Below, in pieces: positions 1 through 12,715 of a stretch of DNA of 64,000 bases. Below the pieces are notes generated by a model. It saw only the letters and a program-made list of their open reading frames with translations, did not search any database and was not told where the DNA came from. Origin of the DNA: Gemmatimonas sp. (GTDB lineage Bacteria; Pseudomonadota; Alphaproteobacteria; SMXQ01); assembly GCA_050260515.1 (NCBI GenBank), contig JBLNCI010000043.1, positions 173,245-237,244 of the forward strand, read 5' to 3'. Positions within the stretch are counted from its first letter, which is position 1. Every line of letters begins with the position of its first letter. The position numbers were made by a program, and so were the translations under genes.

Positions 1-261
1 GAGCCCGGCGGCATGGGCGAGCTGCTTCGGGTCGGAGCCGCCGAGCTGCAGCGCGACCGGGCTCTCGCGGGCATCGAACGCCAGGTGCCGGTCGGCGTCG
101 CCGTGGACCACCGCCATCGCCGTGATCATCTCGGTGTAGAGCAGCGTTCGCCGGCTGATCAGGCGCAGGAAATAGCGCGCATGGCGGTCCGTCCGATCCA
201 TCATCGGCGCGACCGAGAGGCGGCGGGACAGGGGTGCCGAGGCGGATGCCGGCGTCGTCAT
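1..261 (-). CDS. dusA: tRNA-dihydrouridine synthase A, 5' part (runs off the window start)
   Basis: Manual minus-strand translation from ATG at 261: ...[34 protein letters not shown]...[12 protein letters not shown], the typical DusA N-terminus. Not in the ORF track because it is truncated. Confidence 0.92.
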   Translation of the reverse strand, partial: MTTPASASAPLSRRLSVAPMMDRTDRHARYFLRLISRRTLLYTEMITAMAVVHGDADRHLAFDARESPVALQLGGSDPKQLAHAAGL

Positions 262-368
262 GCGCCGCAGTCTACCCCGCCGTGCGCTTGCGTCGCCACG
301 CCGCGCTTGTCCCCTCGCCGCCCCGGTCCCACAATCCGAGGCCCTCAAGCGAGGCCCAACCGGCCGTC

Positions 369-1976
369 ATGATCGACACCCTCCAGATCCTGCTGTCGCT
401 GCTGGTCGTCGTCGGCGCCGTCGCCGTCGTCGCGAAGCGGCTCGAGATCCCGTCGCCGATCCTGATGGTCGCCGCCGGCATTGTGCTGGCGCTGATCCCG
501 GGCCTGCCGACCATCGAGCTCGCGCCGGAATTCGTGCTGCTGCTCGTCCTGCCGCCGCTGATCTACTCGGCCGCGGTCGCCATGAGCTGGCGCGAGTTCC
601 GCTTCAACCTGCGGCCGATCGCGCTGCTCGCGGTCGGCGCCGTCGTCGTGACGACGGCCGCCGTCGCCGCCGCGGCCCATTGGCTGCTCGGTCTGCCGTG
701 GACCGTCGGATTCGTCCTCGGCGCGATCGTGTCGCCGCCGGACACCGTGGCGCCCCTCGCCATCGCCCGGCGGCTCTACATCCCGCGCCGGCTGCTCGTC
801 GTCCTCGAGGGCGAGGGCCTCGCCAACGACGCGACGGCGCTGATCCTGTACCGGTTCGCGGTCGCCGCCGTGGCCACCGGCGCGTTCAGCTTCCCGCATG
901 CGGTCGGGACCTTCGGCGCGATCGTCGTCGGCGAGCTGGCGTGGGGCCTCGTCGTCGGCTGGGGAATGCTGCGGCTCAGGCGGTGGGTCGGAGATCCGCG
1001 GGTCGAGATCCTGCTGTCGATCCTGACGCCGTACCTCGCGTTCTGGGTCCCCGAGCACCTCGGTGGCTCAGGCGTGCTCGCGACCGTTACCGCGGGGCTT
1101 TACATCAGTTGGAACGGGCTGCGGCTGATCAGCGCCGCGACACGCCTCCAGGGAATATTTTTCTGGGACTTCCTGGTCTATCTCATCGAAGGCCTGGTGT
1201 TCGTCATCACCGGTCTGCAGACGCGCACGCTCATCGGCCAGATCGGCGACCACACGACGAGCGAGCTCGTGACCTCCATCGTGGTGGTGAGCGCGGTCGT
1301 GATCGCGACCCGATTCCTGTGGGTGTTCCCCGCCACGTACGTGCCGCGCTGGATCGTGCCGGGACTCGCCAAGCGCGACCCGCCACCGCCGTGGCAGATG
1401 CCGTTCGCCCTCGCCTTCACCGGCGTGCGCGGCGTGGTGTCGCTGGCGGCGGCACTGGCGATCCCGCTGACCACCGCGAGCGGCGCGCCGTTCCCGAACC
1501 GCGACCTGATCCTGCTGCTGACGTTCGCGGTCATCCTGGTGACGCTGGTCGGCCAGGGGCTGATGCTGCCGACGGTGATCCGCGCGCTGGGGCTCGCCCA
1601 CAGCGGCCGCGCCGAGCGGCGCGACGAGCGCCACGAGGAGCACATCGCCCGGCGCGAGGCGCTGCACGCGGCGCTCGATCGCATCAACGAGGTCGCGGCG
1701 GAGCGCAAGCTGCCCCACGACGTGGTCGAGCCGCTCAGGATGCGCGTCCGCGACCGTATCCGCCACCTCGAGGACCTGAGCGACGGGGACGACGGTCACA
1801 AGAAACTGAGCGATCTCCGGGACTCGGTCGAGTGCCTGCTGATCACGACGGAGCGCGAGCACGTCAACCATCTCTTCCGCAATGGCAAGATCAAGGACGA
1901 GGCGCGCCGCCGGATCGAGCGCGACCTCGATCTGCGCGAGGCCCAGCTCCGCAACGCCATCGGCGACGACGACTGA
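369..1976 (+). CDS. Na+/H+ antiporter, CPA1 family
   Basis: Multi-TM protein with LPPLIY, GAIVSPPDTVA, LEGEGLANDATAL and GVRGVVSLAAAL motifs; start taken at MIDTLQ. Confidence 0.9.
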   Translation: MIDTLQILLSLLVVVGAVAVVAKRLEIPSPILMVAAGIVLALIPGLPTIELAPEFVLLLVLPPLIYSAAVAMSWREFRFNLRPIALLAVGAVVVTTAAVAAAAHWLLGLPWTVGFVLGAIVSPPDTVAPLAIARRLYIPRRLLVVLEGEGLANDATALILYRFAVAAVATGAFSFPHAVGTFGAIVVGELAWGLVVGWGMLRLRRWVGDPRVEILLSILTPYLAFWVPEHLGGSGVLATVTAGLYISWNGLRLISAATRLQGIFFWDFLVYLIEGLVFVITGLQTRTLIGQIGDHTTSELVTSIVVVSAVVIATRFLWVFPATYVPRWIVPGLAKRDPPPPWQMPFALAFTGVRGVVSLAAALAIPLTTASGAPFPNRDLILLLTFAVILVTLVGQGLMLPTVIRALGLAHSGRAERRDERHEEHIARREALHAALDRINEVAAERKLPHDVVEPLRMRVRDRIRHLEDLSDGDDGHKKLSDLRDSVECLLITTEREHVNHLFRNGKIKDEARRRIERDLDLREAQLRNAIGDDD

Positions 1977-1980
1977 CCCC

Positions 1981-3180
1981 TCAGTCGAGCTGGAGCACCA
2001 GCGCCTTGAGATACGCGCTCTCGGGCAGCTCGGGATGGACCGGATGATCCGGCCCCGCTCCCGCCGAGCGGATGATGCGCCCGGAGCGATCGGCGGAGTG
2101 TATGCCGCGGGCGATTTCCTCGTGGAACCGCGCGGGCTCGATGTTGTGGGAGCACGACGCGCACAACAGGAACCCGCCCGGCTCGACCAGCGACGCCGCG
2201 AGCCGCGCCATCTTGCGGTAGCCCTTGGCGCCCGTCGCGAGATCGGCGCGCGAGCGGACGAACGGCGGCGGATCGGCGATGACGACGCCGAAGCGCTGGC
2301 GGGCCTCCGCAAGCCGCTCCATCTCGCCAAACACCTCGGCACGGGTGAACGTCACCCGCTCGGCGAGGCCGTTGAGCTCGGCCGCCTTCGCGGCGATCGC
2401 GAGGCTGCCTTCGGAGCGGTCCACGGCCGTCACGTGCTCGGCGCCGGCCTTGGCGCAGGCGAGCGCGAAGCCGCCGGCGTAGGTGTAGAAGTCGATCACG
2501 CGACGGCCCTTCGCGAGCGAGGCCATGAACGCGCGGTTGTCGCGCTGGTCGAAGAACCAGCCGGTTTTCTGGCCGCCCGTGGGGTCGGCGAGGTAGCGCA
2601 CGCCGTTCTCGATCAGCTCTATCGGCCCGTCGAGCGTCCCCGCGAGCACCGAGGTGTCGCGCGGCAGGCCTTCGAGCTCCCGCACCGGGCTGTCGTTGCG
2701 CCCGACGACGGCGCGCGGCGCGAACCGCTCGGCGAGGACGTCGAGCAGCATCGGCATGAGGCCCTCGGCGCCGGCGGTGTTGGCCTGCACGACGAACACG
2801 TCGCCGAACCGGTCGACGATCAGTCCGGGCAGCCCGTCGGCCTCGGCGTGGACGAGCCGGTAGTGCGGGACGACGAACAGCGTCTCGCGCAGCGCGAGGG
2901 CACGGTCGATCCGCGCCGCGACGAAGCCGCGGTCGATCGGCACGCCCGTGCGCGGCGCGAGCACGCGGACGGCGATCAGACTCTTCGGGTTGAAGAACGC
3001 CGTGGCGATGCCGCGACCGTCCGCCCCGACGACGTCGACGATGGTGCCGGGCCGCAGAGCCTTGGTCGCCGGATCCATGGCGACCTCGTTCGAGTAGACC
3101 CAGGGGTGCCCGAGCCGGGCGCGCTTGTCGCCCGATGCGAGCCGGACTGTCGGCCGATGGGTGGAGGATTCTGTGGGCAT
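1981..3180 (-). CDS. rlmI: RlmI-like class I SAM-dependent rRNA methyltransferase
   Basis: GHPWVYSNE (PUA), EADGLPGLIVDRFG, GQKTGWFFDQRDNR, DPPPF, SCS and DHP...YLK motifs. Confidence 0.82.
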   Translation of the reverse strand: MPTESSTHRPTVRLASGDKRARLGHPWVYSNEVAMDPATKALRPGTIVDVVGADGRGIATAFFNPKSLIAVRVLAPRTGVPIDRGFVAARIDRALALRETLFVVPHYRLVHAEADGLPGLIVDRFGDVFVVQANTAGAEGLMPMLLDVLAERFAPRAVVGRNDSPVRELEGLPRDTSVLAGTLDGPIELIENGVRYLADPTGGQKTGWFFDQRDNRAFMASLAKGRRVIDFYTYAGGFALACAKAGAEHVTAVDRSEGSLAIAAKAAELNGLAERVTFTRAEVFGEMERLAEARQRFGVVIADPPPFVRSRADLATGAKGYRKMARLAASLVEPGGFLLCASCSHNIEPARFHEEIARGIHSADRSGRIIRSAGAGPDHPVHPELPESAYLKALVLQLD

Positions 3181-3189
3181 GGAAAGGAC

Positions 3190-4632
3190 TTACCGGCCGT
3201 TCTTGATGGATGCAAGAGCGGCGAGCGCGCGGCTCCGGGCGAACGCATGGTCAACGATCGGCCGCGGGTACGTGTGGCCGAGGCGGACGCCCGCATCGGC
3301 GAGGGCGAGCGGCGTCGCCGTCCACGGCCGATGGATCAGCGCCGAGGGCAAGCCCGCGAGCTCCGGGACCCAGCGGCGAACGTAGGCCCCATCGGGATCG
3401 AATTTCTCGCCCTGGAGCACCGGATTGAAGATACGGAAATAAGGTGCCGCGTCGGCACCGCATCCTGCCACCCACTGCCAGCTCGCCGCGTTGTTGGCGA
3501 GGTCGGCGTCGACCAGCGTGTCCCAGAACCAACCCGCGCCCGTGTGCCAAGGCTGAAGCAGGTGCTTCACCAGGAACGATGCCACGATCATGCGCGCCCG
3601 GTTATGCATCCAGCCGGTCGCCCACAGCTCGCGCATGGCCGCGTCGACCATCGGGTATCCGGTCCGTCCGCGCCGCCACGCAGCCAGCGCCCCTTCGTCG
3701 CCGCGCCACGGAAAGCGCCCGAACCCCCGTTGCAGCGGCTCCTCAGGAAGCTGCGGGAAGCGATTGAGAAGATTGTAGGAAAACTCCCGCCAGAGGAGCT
3801 GACGCAGGAACGGCGCGCCCGCCGCCTCCCGGTTTTCCGCAGCGGCCCTGGCCGTCACGGCATGCCACACCTGGCGCGGGCCGATCTCGCCGAAGCGGAG
3901 ATGGGGCGACAGCCGCGAGGTGCCGCTGAGATCGGGCCGATCGCGGGCGGTCGCATAGGCTTCGATGCCCTGGTTGAGAAAATGGGTTAGCCGTTCGCGC
4001 GCGCCCTCCTCGCCCGGCGTCCATGCATCCCGCAGCCCACCGGCCCAGTCGGGCGCCGTCGGGCACAGCGACCAATCGCCGAGCGGCTCGCTCGCGGGCC
4101 ACGGGTCGGGAGCCGAAAAACCCGTCGGCACGGGGATCGGCGCGGCGGGTGCCGGGCTCGCCAGCGCCGCCTTCCAGAACGCGGTGAACACGCGATAGCC
4201 CACGCGCCTCGGTCCCGGCATCGCCTCCGGCGGAAACAGAAGCTGGGATTCGAAGGCCCGGAACGTGATCGCGCGGGCGGCGAGCGCGGCGGCGATGCGC
4301 TCGTCGCGCGCCACCGCCCACGGCTCATGCACCCGGTTGCAGACGACCTCGGTCGCGCCGGTCTCGGCGATGACACTCGCGAGCGCTCTGCCCGCCTCAC
4401 CGTGCCGCAGCACGAGCCGGGAGCCGAGGCGCGCGAGCGAAGCCGACAAAGCCTCGAGCGATCCCGCGAGCCACCAGCGCGACGCGGCGCCGAGCCGCCA
4501 CTCACCAGGGCTGTCGTCGTCGAGGATGTAGACCGGAATCACCGGTCGGCCGGAGCGCGCCGCCGCGTCGACCGCCGCATTGTCGGCGATCCGGAGGTCG
4601 AACCGGAACCACAGGATGACGGGCGACGTCAT
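3190..4632 (-). CDS. Deoxyribodipyrimidine photolyase (CPD photolyase family)
   Basis: WFRFDLRIADN, TSRLSPHLRFGEI, GRTGYPMVDAAMRELWATGWMHNRARM, WQWVAGCGADAAPYFRIFNP. Confidence 0.93.
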   Translation of the reverse strand: MTSPVILWFRFDLRIADNAAVDAAARSGRPVIPVYILDDDSPGEWRLGAASRWWLAGSLEALSASLARLGSRLVLRHGEAGRALASVIAETGATEVVCNRVHEPWAVARDERIAAALAARAITFRAFESQLLFPPEAMPGPRRVGYRVFTAFWKAALASPAPAAPIPVPTGFSAPDPWPASEPLGDWSLCPTAPDWAGGLRDAWTPGEEGARERLTHFLNQGIEAYATARDRPDLSGTSRLSPHLRFGEIGPRQVWHAVTARAAAENREAAGAPFLRQLLWREFSYNLLNRFPQLPEEPLQRGFGRFPWRGDEGALAAWRRGRTGYPMVDAAMRELWATGWMHNRARMIVASFLVKHLLQPWHTGAGWFWDTLVDADLANNAASWQWVAGCGADAAPYFRIFNPVLQGEKFDPDGAYVRRWVPELAGLPSALIHRPWTATPLALADAGVRLGHTYPRPIVDHAFARSRALAALASIKNGR

Positions 4633-4641
4633 CGCGCCCGC

Positions 4642-5748
4642 TTAGGCCTCCAGCAGATCGGCGACGTGCTCGGCGATCGCCATCGACGAGGTCAGGCCCG
4701 GCGACTCGATGCCGAAGAGGTTCACGAGACCGGTCACGCCGTGGACCTCTGGCCCGACCACCATGAAGTCGCGCGCGGGCTCGCCCGGTCCCTGGATCTT
4801 CGGACGCACGCCCGCGTACCCCGGCAGCAACGCGCCGTCCGCGAGCGCCGGCCAATAGCGGCGGATCGCCGCGTAGAAGCTCGCGCCCCGCTTCGGATCG
4901 ACCGAGTAGTCGACGCGGTCCACCCATTCGACATCGGGGCCGAAGCGCGCGCGGCCGCCGAGATCGAGGGTGAGGTGAATGCCGAGACCCGCGAGTTCCG
5001 GCACCGGATAGACGAGCCGTTCGAACGGCGCCTTGCCGGCGAGCGTGAAATAGACGCCCTTCGCAAGGTAGTCCTTCGGGATCGTAGCCGCGGGAATGCC
5101 GGTCACGCTGCGCGCCACCTTCGGCGCCGAGAACCCGGCGCTGTTGACGACGATCTTCGCCTTGAGCTCGGTAGGAGTATCGCCGCCGACCGAGAGCCGG
5201 ATGCCGTCGCTCTCGACCTCGCCGCCGACCACCGGCGACTTGAGGGCGAGCGCGCCGCCGCGATCTTCCACGTCACCGAGATAGGCAAGCATCAGGCCGT
5301 GGGAATCGATGATGCCCGTGGACGGCGACAGGATCGCGCCAACGCAGTGGAGCTGCGGCTCCATCGCCTTGGCCTCAGCGGCCGTCAGCCAACGCAGGTC
5401 CATGACGCCGTTGGCCTCGGCCGCGGCCTTGCGCGCCTTTAGCGAAACCATCTCGCTGTCCTCGACCGCGACGATCAGCTTGCCGACGTTGCGGTGATTG
5501 ATGCCGCGCTCGGCGCAATAGGCGTACAGCCGCTTCTTCCCCTCGACGCAGAACCGCGCCTTCAAGCTGTCCTTCGGGTAGTAGATGCCGGCGTGGATCA
5601 CCTCGCTGTTGCGCGACGACGTGTGGGTGCCGAACGCATCCTCGGCCTCCAGCACCACGACCTCGCGGCCACGCAGCGCCAGCGCCCGCGCCACCGCCAG
5701 CCCGACGACGCCAGCACCGATGACGGCGCACTCGACGGATTCGGTCAT
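4642..5748 (-). CDS. FAD-dependent oxidoreductase, L-2-hydroxyglutarate oxidase (LhgO)-like
   Basis: GAGVVG Rossmann motif, [26 protein letters not shown]; start at MTESVE. Confidence 0.85.
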   Translation of the reverse strand: MTESVECAVIGAGVVGLAVARALALRGREVVVLEAEDAFGTHTSSRNSEVIHAGIYYPKDSLKARFCVEGKKRLYAYCAERGINHRNVGKLIVAVEDSEMVSLKARKAAAEANGVMDLRWLTAAEAKAMEPQLHCVGAILSPSTGIIDSHGLMLAYLGDVEDRGGALALKSPVVGGEVESDGIRLSVGGDTPTELKAKIVVNSAGFSAPKVARSVTGIPAATIPKDYLAKGVYFTLAGKAPFERLVYPVPELAGLGIHLTLDLGGRARFGPDVEWVDRVDYSVDPKRGASFYAAIRRYWPALADGALLPGYAGVRPKIQGPGEPARDFMVVGPEVHGVTGLVNLFGIESPGLTSSMAIAEHVADLLEA

Positions 5749-5759
5749 CTCTCCCCTTC

Positions 5760-6725
5760 CTACCTGAACCAGCGCTTCGGCGCCGTCCCCAGCTTGGGCC
5801 GGAGCGCCGCGAATTCCTTGCGGGCGCGCTGGCGCTCCCTGTCCTCGGCGTCGCCGAACACGGCGTCGAGGTCGCGGCATGCCTTGGGGCCGAGCGCCTC
5901 GGCGTCCTTGGCCAGAGTCCGCGCGAGCGCGCGTGCGTTCACCGCGTCGTTGTAGCGGCCGAGCACGTCCTGCGCCTCGGCGAGCGCGCCGTGATAGGCC
6001 TTCACCCCGCCCTTCTCCATTACCGGGCGGAAGAACTCGACCGCGTAGCGGAGCTTCTTGATGCGGATCCGAAGGGCGTGCAGCTCCTTGCCCGACCGCC
6101 GGCCGCTGCCGACCAGCCGCTTGGCGAGGCCGCGATGGCGCTGAGCCAGCAGCTTGCGCCCGAGGTCGCGCGCCGATTTCTTCCCCGCGCGGGTGAGCCG
6201 GACCGCGGCAGCAAGTCGCGGAAGGTCGCGCCGCACGCGCCGCATCGCCGCGCCGGCGAGCGCCGCGCGTACCTGGCGGTAGGCGCGACGGTGCGGCTCG
6301 TGGGCGGCGCCCGCGAGCAACCGCCGCGCGCCGTCGTTGCCGAGCTTCGGCAACACCTCGTCGAGAAAGACGTCGAGATCGCGGGCGGGACCGAGCGCCT
6401 TCTGCAGGCGCTTCAGATCGGCGGCAACCCGCTTGCGCTCCGGTTTCGGAAGCACCGAGCGGAATACCGACAGCAGCGCCCGCAGCCGCCGCACCGCCAC
6501 CCGCGCCTGGTGGACGGGATCGGGTTCCGGCCGGGCGAGGAAGGCCTCGGCGTTGCGGCCGAGATGCCTGAGGCCGGACTCCGACAGGGCCGCGAACGTC
6601 TCCACAACCGTCGCATCCACGGAGAGTTGAGGATGCTCGGCCCGGATCGGTTCGACGGTGGCGAGGTCGGAATCGCGCGGCATGCGCCCGTTCGTCAACG
6701 ATTGTAAGGACTTGGCGGACATCAT
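5760..6725 (-). CDS. CHAD domain protein
   Basis: [34 protein letters not shown] and QDVLGRYND motifs; start uncertain. Confidence 0.85.
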   Translation of the reverse strand: MMSAKSLQSLTNGRMPRDSDLATVEPIRAEHPQLSVDATVVETFAALSESGLRHLGRNAEAFLARPEPDPVHQARVAVRRLRALLSVFRSVLPKPERKRVAADLKRLQKALGPARDLDVFLDEVLPKLGNDGARRLLAGAAHEPHRRAYRQVRAALAGAAMRRVRRDLPRLAAAVRLTRAGKKSARDLGRKLLAQRHRGLAKRLVGSGRRSGKELHALRIRIKKLRYAVEFFRPVMEKGGVKAYHGALAEAQDVLGRYNDAVNARALARTLAKDAEALGPKACRDLDAVFGDAEDRERQRARKEFAALRPKLGTAPKRWFR

Positions 6726-6895
6726 CTTAGCGGTGGCGAGGGTGCCGCACCAAGCGCGTAAGTGCGCCGAGCCCCTTCCCCCGAGGGGGCCGCGTCACTA
6801 TGTTATGCGCCGTCCGCCCCAGCCGCCGGCCGGGGCGGACGCATTTTAAGGGCACAGGCCCGCTCACCCCCGTCAAGGCTCGGTTCAGGCTCGTT

Positions 6896-8725
<1,830 letters not shown>

Positions 8726-8746
8726 GCTCTCGGACACGCCACCAAC

Positions 8747-8785
8747 GAAACCGCCGCACGGCTCTCCGTCGCGGCGGTTTTATTT
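8747..8785 (+). terminator. Rho-independent terminator after typA
   Basis: Imperfect GC stem aaaccgccgc...gcggcggttt followed by tattt. Confidence 0.7.
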
Positions 8786-8788
8786 GTG

Positions 8789-8870
8789 TCGTCATACCCG
8801 CGTAAGCGGGTATCCAGGGCGGCCACTCGAACTGCGTGACCCTGGACTCCCGCTTTCGCGGGAGTGACGA
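8789..8870. repeat. Intergenic palindromic repeat, family A (GTCATnCCCGCG..CGGG..ATCCAG / CTGGA..CCCGCTTTCGCGGG..TGAC)
   Basis: Two inverted hairpin units; the same architecture occurs at 50127-50203. Confidence 0.8.
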
Positions 8871-8899
8871 AGAAAAACTGGATGCCCCGTCCGAAGCCT

Positions 8900-8965
8900 A
8901 TCCCCGCGAAGGCGGGATGCGGGCATCCAGCTTCGGCCTCATTCCCGCTCGCGCGGGAATGACGA
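8900..8965. repeat. Degenerate family A palindromic repeat
   Basis: tccccgcgaaggcggga ... tcattcccgctcgcgcgggaatgac. Confidence 0.6.
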
Positions 8966-8976
8966 CGAGGACACGC

Positions 8977-9297
8977 CTAGCGTCGTCCCCGCGTGAAATC
9001 CGACGCAGCCCGCGCCCGCATCCGATCAAGAACGCTCGGCAACTCCGTCCGACCGAGATCGGTGACGACGAAGCTCGCTGTCGGCAGCGGCAAGGCGAGG
9101 AACTGCCGGTGCTCGGTCGGCACCTCACGGAGCCAGCCGAGCCGCTCCATCTCCGACCACAGGCGAAAATGTCCGCTGTCGATGCCCGCCGCGATCCGCC
9201 GTCCCGGCGCGCGCACCGCCGCGTCGAGTGCCGACAGCTCAGCCCCGTCCAGCGCGCCGAGATCCTCGGCGATCCGCGCCGCTTGCTCCCGCTCCAT
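8977..9297 (-). CDS. Hypothetical protein (106 aa)
   Basis: ATG-start ORF with protein-like composition filling the intergenic space; no family recognised. Confidence 0.5.
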   Translation of the reverse strand: MEREQAARIAEDLGALDGAELSALDAAVRAPGRRIAAGIDSGHFRLWSEMERLGWLREVPTEHRQFLALPLPTASFVVTDLGRTELPSVLDRMRARAASDFTRGRR

Positions 9298-9414
9298 GAT
9301 GCCCTCGCCTCTGTTCCGGCCGGTCTCCGTCGGCCCTGCAGCAAGGGTGACCTCCGCGCGTTAACGGCGCAGAAATCATCGCGGTCATTTGACGCGAATG
9401 CGGGAGAGAATGCC

Positions 9415-10224
9415 TCAGCCCTCGACGACGTCGATCAGCACGTTGTCGTTGTCGCACATCTGGAAGGTGCCGAGGCCGGCCTTGGCGACCATCTCGCGCC
9501 GGCGCTCGGTCTCGGCGCTGCGCGCGAGCGAGCGCGCCTCGAGGTCGGGGTTGCCCGAGCCGATCCGGGCGACGTCGGCCTTGAGCGCGTCGATGCTCTC
9601 GACCTTGATGCCGATGTGGTCGGGCCCCGGGCTGACGATGCCGGTGCCGTCGTAGTCGGTGATGCGCCACGGCACCAGCACGAGCTTCACCCGCCCGTCG
9701 CTCAGGATCCACTTCTCGTCGTCGGGCTTGCGGTTGGCGAGCGCGAAGCCGAACACGTCGGCGTAGAACTCCGCCATCTTCTCCGGGTTCATGGTGCGGA
9801 TTGCGAAGTGGCTGATCGTGCGCGGCTGCTCCCAGCCCTTCTCGGAATCGAGATAGATCTCGGCGCGGTTGGCCATCTTCTTCTGCGACAGGTCGAACAC
9901 GTTTCCGTCGGGATCGTGGGTCGTGAGCCCCGCGAACGGCCGGTTCGACGGGCGCTTCAGAGCCCTGACCTGCGGATACCGTTCCTTCATCCGCGCCAGC
10001 GTCGCCTCGGCGTCGTCGACCTCGATCCCGAAGTGATCGAGCCGCGCCGGGCGGCCCGGCTTGCGCGGATTGATGTTCACACCGACGTAGCCGTCGCCGA
10101 CGGTGATCGCGTTGACGATCCGGTCGTTGCTGGGCGCCTTGAATCCGAACACCGCCTGGTAGAAGCGCGCCGTGGCGGAGAAGCGCTCGCTCATGATCGC
10201 GACGTGGTTGATCTTGGCCGGCAT
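9415..10224 (-). CDS. VOC (glyoxalase-like) protein, two modules
   Basis: INHVAI...FY..VFGF, LDHFGIEV, DPDGNVFDL, then ISHFAI...DHIGIKV. Confidence 0.85.
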   Translation of the reverse strand: MPAKINHVAIMSERFSATARFYQAVFGFKAPSNDRIVNAITVGDGYVGVNINPRKPGRPARLDHFGIEVDDAEATLARMKERYPQVRALKRPSNRPFAGLTTHDPDGNVFDLSQKKMANRAEIYLDSEKGWEQPRTISHFAIRTMNPEKMAEFYADVFGFALANRKPDDEKWILSDGRVKLVLVPWRITDYDGTGIVSPGPDHIGIKVESIDALKADVARIGSGNPDLEARSLARSAETERRREMVAKAGLGTFQMCDNDNVLIDVVEG

Positions 10225-10249
10225 GATCGGATGTCCTTCGAGGGGTTGA

Positions 10250-11269
10250 TTACTGGCCTTCCTTGAGGAAGGCGCCCGCCGCCTTGAGCACGTCGGGCGG
10301 CGCGTTGACGACGCGCTTCAGCAGCGCCGCGATCTCGTCGCCGCTGACGTAGCGGATCTCCAGCTTCTGCTTGGCGGCGTCGGCGAGGAAGTCCTTGTCT
10401 TCGAGCGTCTTCTTGAACGCGGTGCGCAGGTGCTCGGCGCGGTCGCCGGGTACGCCCGGGGGCGCCAGCACCGGCCGGTCCATGAGCTGGTCGGCAAACA
10501 GCACCTCGAGCACCGTGCGGTCGCGATCGCTCTTGGCGAGCTCGGTCAGCATCGGCACCCCGGCGAGCTCCGGGTCGGGCTCCAGCGAGGTCTGGACCAC
10601 GAAGTTGATCATCTTCTTCTCGATCCAGTCGGGGCGCGTCGACTTGATCGACGTCACCGACAGGCCGCAGCGCCCCATCACCTCGCCGCGCTCCATGGCG
10701 AGCCCGACCTCGGTTCCGCTCTTGTAGCCGGAGATGACGCGGATCTTGGCCCCGAACATCGCCGCCATCGCGTGCGGATAGGTCTCCATCTGCGAGCCGC
10801 CGCCCGAGCCGCCGACGATGTACTCGTGGGTGAGCGTGTCGCTGAAGGTCTTCACGGGCGAGTCCGCCATCGAGATGCAGACCTTGCCCTCCTTGTTGAC
10901 CGAGCCGATCCAGGTCACGGCGAGCGGATCGAACTTCGCCTCCTCGATGCCGAGCGCCGGCGCGAGCGCCACGCCCGAGTGCACCATGCCGAGGGTCGCG
11001 CCGTCCTTGGGCGCCACGGAGTGGATGTACATGAACGCGCGGATGCCGCCCGAGCCCGGCATGTTCTGGACCACGACCTTGGCGTCGGGCGCGAGCTGCT
11101 GGCCGAGATGGCGCGCCATCAGCCGCGCGTAGGCGTCGTAGCCGCCGCCGGTGGCGGTCGACACCACGAAGTTGACCTGCTTGCCTTTGTAGAAGTCGGC
11201 GGCGGATTGCGCCGCCGCGCCGTGCGATGCCAGCGCCAATGCCGCCGCCGCGAAACCCAGTGCACGCAT
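10250..11269 (-). CDS. Bug/TctC-type tripartite tricarboxylate transporter substrate-binding protein
   Basis: Signal peptide, GGGYDAYARL, VVQNMPGSGG, APKDG, GY.SG.EV.LAMERGEV, RPVLAPPGVP. Confidence 0.9.
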   Translation of the reverse strand: MRALGFAAAALALASHGAAAQSAADFYKGKQVNFVVSTATGGGYDAYARLMARHLGQQLAPDAKVVVQNMPGSGGIRAFMYIHSVAPKDGATLGMVHSGVALAPALGIEEAKFDPLAVTWIGSVNKEGKVCISMADSPVKTFSDTLTHEYIVGGSGGGSQMETYPHAMAAMFGAKIRVISGYKSGTEVGLAMERGEVMGRCGLSVTSIKSTRPDWIEKKMINFVVQTSLEPDPELAGVPMLTELAKSDRDRTVLEVLFADQLMDRPVLAPPGVPGDRAEHLRTAFKKTLEDKDFLADAAKQKLEIRYVSGDEIAALLKRVVNAPPDVLKAAGAFLKEGQ

Positions 11270-11359
11270 TCCACTCTCCCTGGCCCGGACTGACGCCGGT
11301 TGTTATGAGGTCAGTGTAGGAGCGTGGGAGGAAGGGGGCAATGAGACGCTAAGCCCCCT

Positions 11360-11487
11360 TCGTCATGCCCGCTTGCCCGGGCATCCACGTGTTTCTTTCG
11401 TCAACGACAACAACAAAACGTGGATGCCCGCTTACGGACGGGTTGCACCCCGTCCGTTTTTAAAAAGAGGGGGCGCGGGCATGACGA
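11360..11487. repeat. Intergenic palindromic repeat, family B (GTCATG..CATCCAC / GTGGATG..CATGAC) with an extra internal hairpin
   Basis: Outer arms tcgtcatgcccgc / gcgggcatgacga; related copy at 16930-17017. Confidence 0.75.
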
Positions 11488-11547
11488 CAAAAGATGCACA
11501 CGTGCCAAGCGAAGGCCAGTCACCGTTTACTCGGCACATTCATCCCC

Positions 11548-12687
11548 CTACTTCCCGACACTCGCCCAGGTGGCGTTCCACAGCTCGATGACCCGCGGCC
11601 CGACGTCGGCCAGCAGCTCCGGGCTGCGGAACGCAACCTTTTTGCCGCGGAGGTTGTCGGCATAGGCGACGAAGCGCTCGTCGTTCTGGAACGCCATGTG
11701 GGTCGGAGTGCCGCCGTCGGTTTCGTACTGCGACACCTGCCCTTCCTTGCTCAGCGCCCAATTGACGAACAGGCGCGCCGCATTGACGTTCGGCGCGTTT
11801 CGCATGATCGCCATCTCGTTCGTCGACCCCGGCACCGGCTCCGGGCAGTGGAAGCTCACCGGCGCGCCCTTGCTTTCCATGTAGCGCGTGCGGTAGCCCG
11901 AGGTCGGCACAGTGGCGTGCATCTCTCCGGCGCCGGTCAGGCCGATCACGGCGTTGATGCCTTCCTTGCGCAGTTGCGGGTTCATGTCGCGGAACAGCCG
12001 GGCGATGTAGTCATCGACCCATGCCTCTCCCTGCGCGCCAGCCAGCGCGATCAGCCACAACTGCGGCCGGTCGCCGAGCCCGAGATGGTGGTCGCGCAGC
12101 TTGGCGTTGCTGAGAAGGTCGTCCCAGGTCCTGGGCAGGTCGGCCGGGCTCAGCATCGTCTTGTTATAGGTGATGCAGTAGTAAGTGAGCTGATGGCCGG
12201 CCCACAGCCCGCCGGGATCCTTCATTTCCGCAGGCACGTTCGCGACGTTGGGAATATCGGAGATGTCGGCCAGCGCTCCCGCCTCCTTGAACATGAGGAA
12301 GCTGCCGCCGAATCCCGTCAGCACATCGGCGCCGACACGGCCCTGCTTGAACGCGACCAGCAGCGCGATCGAACGGGTATTGAAGCTGCCGCGGGCATAG
12401 TCGATCTTGAGGAACGGATAGCGTTCCTTGAACGGACGTGCGTACTGGTTGAACACCGACGGATCCCACGATCCGGATATCCGCAGCCGGCCCTCTTTCC
12501 TGGCACCGGCGACCCAGGCCGCCGGAACCTTCAGCTCGACGTCGAGTCCATCGAGCACCTCGGGACCCATGTTGAGCGAACGCAGGATGTCATGCGTCGA
12601 ATCCGGCAGCGGATCGGAGGCGTAGGTTGTCACCGGCCCGGCTATGAGCGCCACCATCAGCGCGATACACGCGAAGGTCTTCATCAT
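11548..12687 (-). CDS. ABC-type extracellular solute-binding protein (Fe3+/polyamine-like fold)
   Basis: Signal peptide MMKTFACIAL..., ARKEGRL, FKERYP, YNKT..P.TWDDLL, APNVNAARLFVNWALSKEGQ. Confidence 0.85.
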   Translation of the reverse strand: MMKTFACIALMVALIAGPVTTYASDPLPDSTHDILRSLNMGPEVLDGLDVELKVPAAWVAGARKEGRLRISGSWDPSVFNQYARPFKERYPFLKIDYARGSFNTRSIALLVAFKQGRVGADVLTGFGGSFLMFKEAGALADISDIPNVANVPAEMKDPGGLWAGHQLTYYCITYNKTMLSPADLPRTWDDLLSNAKLRDHHLGLGDRPQLWLIALAGAQGEAWVDDYIARLFRDMNPQLRKEGINAVIGLTGAGEMHATVPTSGYRTRYMESKGAPVSFHCPEPVPGSTNEMAIMRNAPNVNAARLFVNWALSKEGQVSQYETDGGTPTHMAFQNDERFVAYADNLRGKKVAFRSPELLADVGPRVIELWNATWASVGK

Positions 12688-12715
12688 GGCGGTGCCCCTG
12701 TCCTTCGCCCGCCGG

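Noticed and set aside
1-261. dusA as a genomic-island integration site
   Set aside because: No integrase or att duplication is visible near the dusA 5' end.
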